This document shows, in pieces, positions 59,979 to 64,000 of a DNA stretch of 64,000 nucleotides (position 1 is the stretch's first letter; each line of letters starts with the position of its first letter). The notes below the pieces were generated by a model. It saw nothing but the letters and a program-made list of their open reading frames with translations, was not told the origin of the DNA and ran no database searches. The stretch is from assembly GCA_951406725.2 (NCBI GenBank), contig OX597814.1:86490001-86554000 (forward strand), given 5' to 3'. A program made the position numbers and the translations under genes. This stretch comes from Octopus vulgaris. Taxonomy: Eukaryota.

Positions 59979-61659
59979 GGCTTTTTTCAACTTCTGACGA
60001 TCAAAATCAACTCAAGGCTTTTGGACAATCTGGATATTAAATAATAGAAGACACCTAACCAAGGTGACATGCAGTGAGACTGAATGTGGAACCATATGGT
60101 GGGGGAAAAAATCACTGAAGAGAAAGAGAGATCAAGGAGATAGAAGTAATAGCTCTGTAACCTTGAACTTTAACCACGTCTATTATCAAGATGGTAGAGA
60201 GTTAAATGTGAACAAGTACCAATGAGACTATTTCAGAATGGTTGTACACAACAGCTCACTTTTACAAAAAATAAGTTAGGAAAAGAAAGGCTCAACATAA
60301 CAATCCTGTTTACCTTTTACCCAACAACAGAGTTATCTGATCATCTATTGATATATAACTTGAACCATACAATTACAAGCAGATGACTATGTCAGTGAAT
60401 AGGATAATTAATCTGCTTTCATATCTTTTTTACTTGTCACTAGACTGTGGCCATGCTGAGGCACTACCTTGAAGGGTTTTAGTTGAACGAATCAACCCCA
60501 GTACCTTTTTATTTAAAAAAAAAACAAAAAAAACATGGTACTTATTCTATTGACCTCTTGTGCTGAACTGCCAAGTTATGGAGGCATAAACAAACCAATA
60601 CCAGTTGTCAAAGAGTTGGTAGGGAACAAACACAAAGACATATATTTACATACACTCAAAGGGTTTCTTTCAGTTTCCATTTCCACTCACAAGACCAGGG
60701 CTATAGTTGAAAACAGTTGCCCAAGGTGCCACAGAGTGAGACTTGTAATGGGTAAGATTGATTAAGTACACAATATTATGAAATGTCGGAGTTAGCAGTC
60801 GTAACGATAAAAAAATTGTTGTTATAATTGCATACTGTAGGATGTGAAAGATGAACAATGCATGAAGTTTTAAGAAAGTATTTAGTTACCGTTGTGTTGC
60901 AATACCTTGCCTTGACGGGCAGTTTATGATAAATCCAAAAGCATGCGAAGTAAAGTTTGTGTCCGCTTCATTGTTTAGTAGTAAATACAGAAAGAGATAG
61001 AATGATGTTGTAAGAGAACAGAATTAGAGCTAGTGAGAGTTGTAGGGTGTGGGACGTCTCACAGTTGCTGACAGTAAACTTCATTTCTCCCTCTGACCAA
61101 TGTTCTAGCTGGTCAGCCAGACTTCGTTGAGTCGTTACCGACTGTGACTAACTGATTTTTGCTTGGGGTATTCTTGCTTTTATAGCTATCCAGAAGGGTA
61201 GACATATCATTGAGAACAATAGATTTAGTTGGTGGTCTTGTTATCTCTATTCTAGCTTTTGGTGAAGTAGAAGAGGTCAGAAAGGGTCAAGTGGTGAAGA
61301 CATTATTTCGGCCTAACTAAAGGCATCTGGAAAATGTAAAACTGCTGTTAGAGAAAAACTATTGTTCCACTGTGGGAAAAGTTCTGTTGCAGTGTTAATT
61401 TAAATTTGGCTATGATGGATCAAATTCAGTTCATACTTGCAAGATCCACTACAGACTGAACCCGTAACCATGTAGTTGGGTAGCAAACCTTTTACCCAAC
61501 AGCCACAAAGAAAAAAACAATTTTGTTTTATAGTTTTAAATAGGTTTTCAGTAGATACTCCATTAGTTAAATTCTGTTGTGTGTTGTGTCTGTACTGTAT
61601 TTGTAATTTGGCTTTGAGTACTAAATCAATAAAAACATATCCCACTATATTTTTCTGGT

Positions 61660-62000
61660 AAAGAAGAAAGAACTCATAACTTCTTTTACTTGTGTAGAAG
61701 TTATGTTATTATTTCCAATCGACAAAAAAACAAAAGTGCCCTTTCCACAAAAACAAACCCAGCAACCAGTATGCACTAGAGGAGAGATTACTAAACAGCG
61801 ACATTATAGGTTGGACATTGCGGTTATATGCCAAAAGAAAGAACACATAACTCATTTTATTTGTACAGAAGTTATGTTATTTTCAATTGACAAAAAAAAA
61901 AAACAGTCTATTCCATAAATACAAACCAAGAGACAAACACCCACAGGAAGAGAGATTTCTGTGCAGGGATATAATTTGAACATCATGTTCACATGCTAAA
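61660..62000. repeat. Diverged tandem duplication of a ~170-bp unit
   Basis: aagaaagaac.cataact...agaagttatgttatt...gacaaaaaaa...acaaacc...gagagatt recurs at ~61665 and ~61835. Confidence 0.7.
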
Positions 62001-62759
62001 AAGCTAAAGGTTGTCTTATCCCTAATATTTTCTATTCTTGTACTGCTGAGCAACTCAGTGTATTCTCTTACTTGTCAGGTTTTTTATTGGCTTCAATCAC
62101 AAGTGAATTTCCAATTAGAGTCAATAAACACCACGCAAAGGAGAATGTTTCTGGTGCTTTCTTCTTCCATGGAAGAAATACTGCTGTGGCTGACCATTGA
62201 AATTCTGGTGAGACACTCATCCAGTGAACCTAAAATTGCTGAGGTATATTCTATATCTGTTTCTCTAGAGACAGTAGAACTCTAGATAATTAGAATCATA
62301 GAGATATGCAAACTTAACATATAACTAGAAACAAGTATTGCATCAAACTTCCATACATTTCCATGATAAAAATTTAAGGGCATTGAACTGAGAATTAACT
62401 CCAAATACCTATATCTCAAATAAGTTTCTCACCTACTACAACAAAGCAGGTGTCGTATACATCATCATCATGTAACGTCTGTTGTCATTGTCAGTATGGT
62501 TGGATAGTTTGACCAGGGCTGGTAAGCTGGAGGGCTGCACCAGACTCCAGTGTGATTGGCATGGTTTCTATGGCTCGATGCCCTTTCTAATGCTAACCAC
62601 TCCGAGGGTGTTGTGGGTGCTTTTGCATGCCAGTTGTGTGACACAAGTATCTGCCATGACTATGATTTCACTTGGCTTGATGGGTCTTCTTCTCAAGCAA
62701 AGCATATTACCGAAGGTCTCAGTCATTTGTTATACATATATATATATATATATATATGT

Positions 62760-63053
62760 ATCACTGTAACTGACCAGGCTATCAGATGTTGATACACATC
62801 GCTGGTCACAATGCGCTTCACATTGTTTTAGCCTTCAAATGACGCCACCCTGCTGGCTAAGCAAGCAGGCCAACAGAAGAAAGAGTGAGAAATAGTTGTG
62901 GCGAAAGTGTACAGCAGGGATCGCCACCACCCGCTGCCAGCGCCTCGTGGAGCTTTAGGTGTGTTTTCGCTCAATAAACGCCCAGTCTGGGAATCGAAAG
63001 CATGATCCTACAACCACGAGTGCGCTGCCCTAACCACTGGGCCATTGCACCTC
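62760..63053 (-). mobile_element. tRNA-derived SINE (second family)
   Basis: Minus strand gaggtgcaatggcccagtggttagggc head; body shared with 36940-37128. Confidence 0.8.
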
Positions 63054-63054
63054 T

Positions 63055-63086
<32 letters not shown>

Positions 63087-63201
63087 GTGTGTTTGTTTAT
63101 ATGTGTATGTAGGTGTGCATAAATGTATATATATGTGTATATATATGTATGTATATGTGTGTATATATATATATATATGTGTGTGTATATATATATATAT
63201 A

Positions 63202-63234
<33 letters not shown>

Positions 63235-63237
<3 letters not shown>

Positions 63238-63684
63238 ACATGGGACTAAAGCCATCTGAATATGGCTAGGGACAGGGCAGGGTGGTGGGGGTGTTACTGT
63301 TGCATTTAGCCCCAGGCGAACATCAACGTCGCCAGATAGGCTTGACACCATCACGGCGTCCTCTCTATCCTGCAAAGGGAGATAATTCCCCGATGAAGCG
63401 GAAACCACACACGGACCTAGGTTTCAAGGTGTTTGCCTATTATCAACGTATGGTAGGCACCCGCTTCCTCGACGAACCACTCACTCTGCAGGATATTTAT
63501 ATAGATTTTCAAGCAAAATACATTTGCTGATTTCGAAAATCTGTTCGACAGCAATAATAATTCTCTAAATGAGATATAGACAGTAACTGCTCCATAACAT
63601 AAGGGACTAAAGCCATCTGAATATGGCTAGGGACAGGGCAGGGTGGTGGGGGTGTTACTGTTGCATTTAGCCCCAGGCGAACAT
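63235..63684. repeat. 361-bp unit with an exact 82-bp terminal direct repeat (63242-63323 = 63603-63684)
   Basis: The two 82-mers are identical; both are preceded by ataacat (with an extra aa in the second). Confidence 0.92.
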
Positions 63685-64000
63685 ACTGGCTTCATTCCTT
63701 GCAAACTTACGCATGTCCTCAGCAGTCATGGCCCATCTTTCACTGCCATGTAGCATGGCTGTTCGCACACATGCGTCATACAATCTACTTTTTACTCTGA
63801 GCGTGAGGCCTTTTGTCACCAGCAGAGGCAAGAGTTCTCTGAACTTTGCCTAGGCTATTCTTATTCTAGCAGCTACACTTTCAGAGCATCCACCCCTGTT
63901 ACTGATTTGGTCCCCTAGGTAATGGAAGCTATCACTACTTGTAGTTTTTCTCCTTAGAATGTGACAAAAGCTGTTCTCTGCACATTTTCAGTGTTTACAG
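63685..64000 (-). mobile_element. RTE-clade LINE ORF2 fragment (post-RT region)
   Basis: Minus strand reads DSFHYLGDQISNRGGCSESVAARIRIA*AKFRELLPLLVTKGLTLRVKSRLYDACVRTAMLHGSERW. Confidence 0.88.

Noticed and set aside
63242-63684. Twister or HDV-like ribozyme in the 361-nt unit
   Set aside because: UAA-plus-stem elements exist, but I could not place the required pseudoknots or conserved catalytic residues by eye.

Overview
AT-rich, repeat-dense eukaryotic (animal) genomic DNA. The tRNA-derived SINE families, (TA)n/(CA)n microsatellites and overall style suggest an octopus/coleoid cephalopod (inference, not verified). One protein-coding gene can be assembled with confidence: a six-exon CUSTOS (C12orf43) orthologue on the + strand, join(1479..1698,42461..42509,44182..44277,48225..48286,49705..49822,50349..50544) = 741 nt, 246 aa. 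All GT-AG boundaries are phase-consistent, and intron 1 is ~40.8 kb. The rest is mostly transposon debris: many SINE copies, decayed R4/Dong-, CRE-, L1/Tx1-, RTE- and CR1-like LINE fragments, a mariner remnant and several MITEs, plus a damaged tRNA-Leu(TAA) copy. The most interesting observations are: a 361-nt, highly base-paired unit with an exact 82-bp terminal redundancy (retrozyme/circular-RNA-like, with no recognisable ribozyme); three minimal hammerhead-like motifs in Penelope-like pieces; a CRE-clade retrotransposon bracketed by ~57-bp direct repeats; inverted SINE pairs around CUSTOS exons; and hints of divergent or nested transcription units. Almost all ORFs in the supplied track are spurious.
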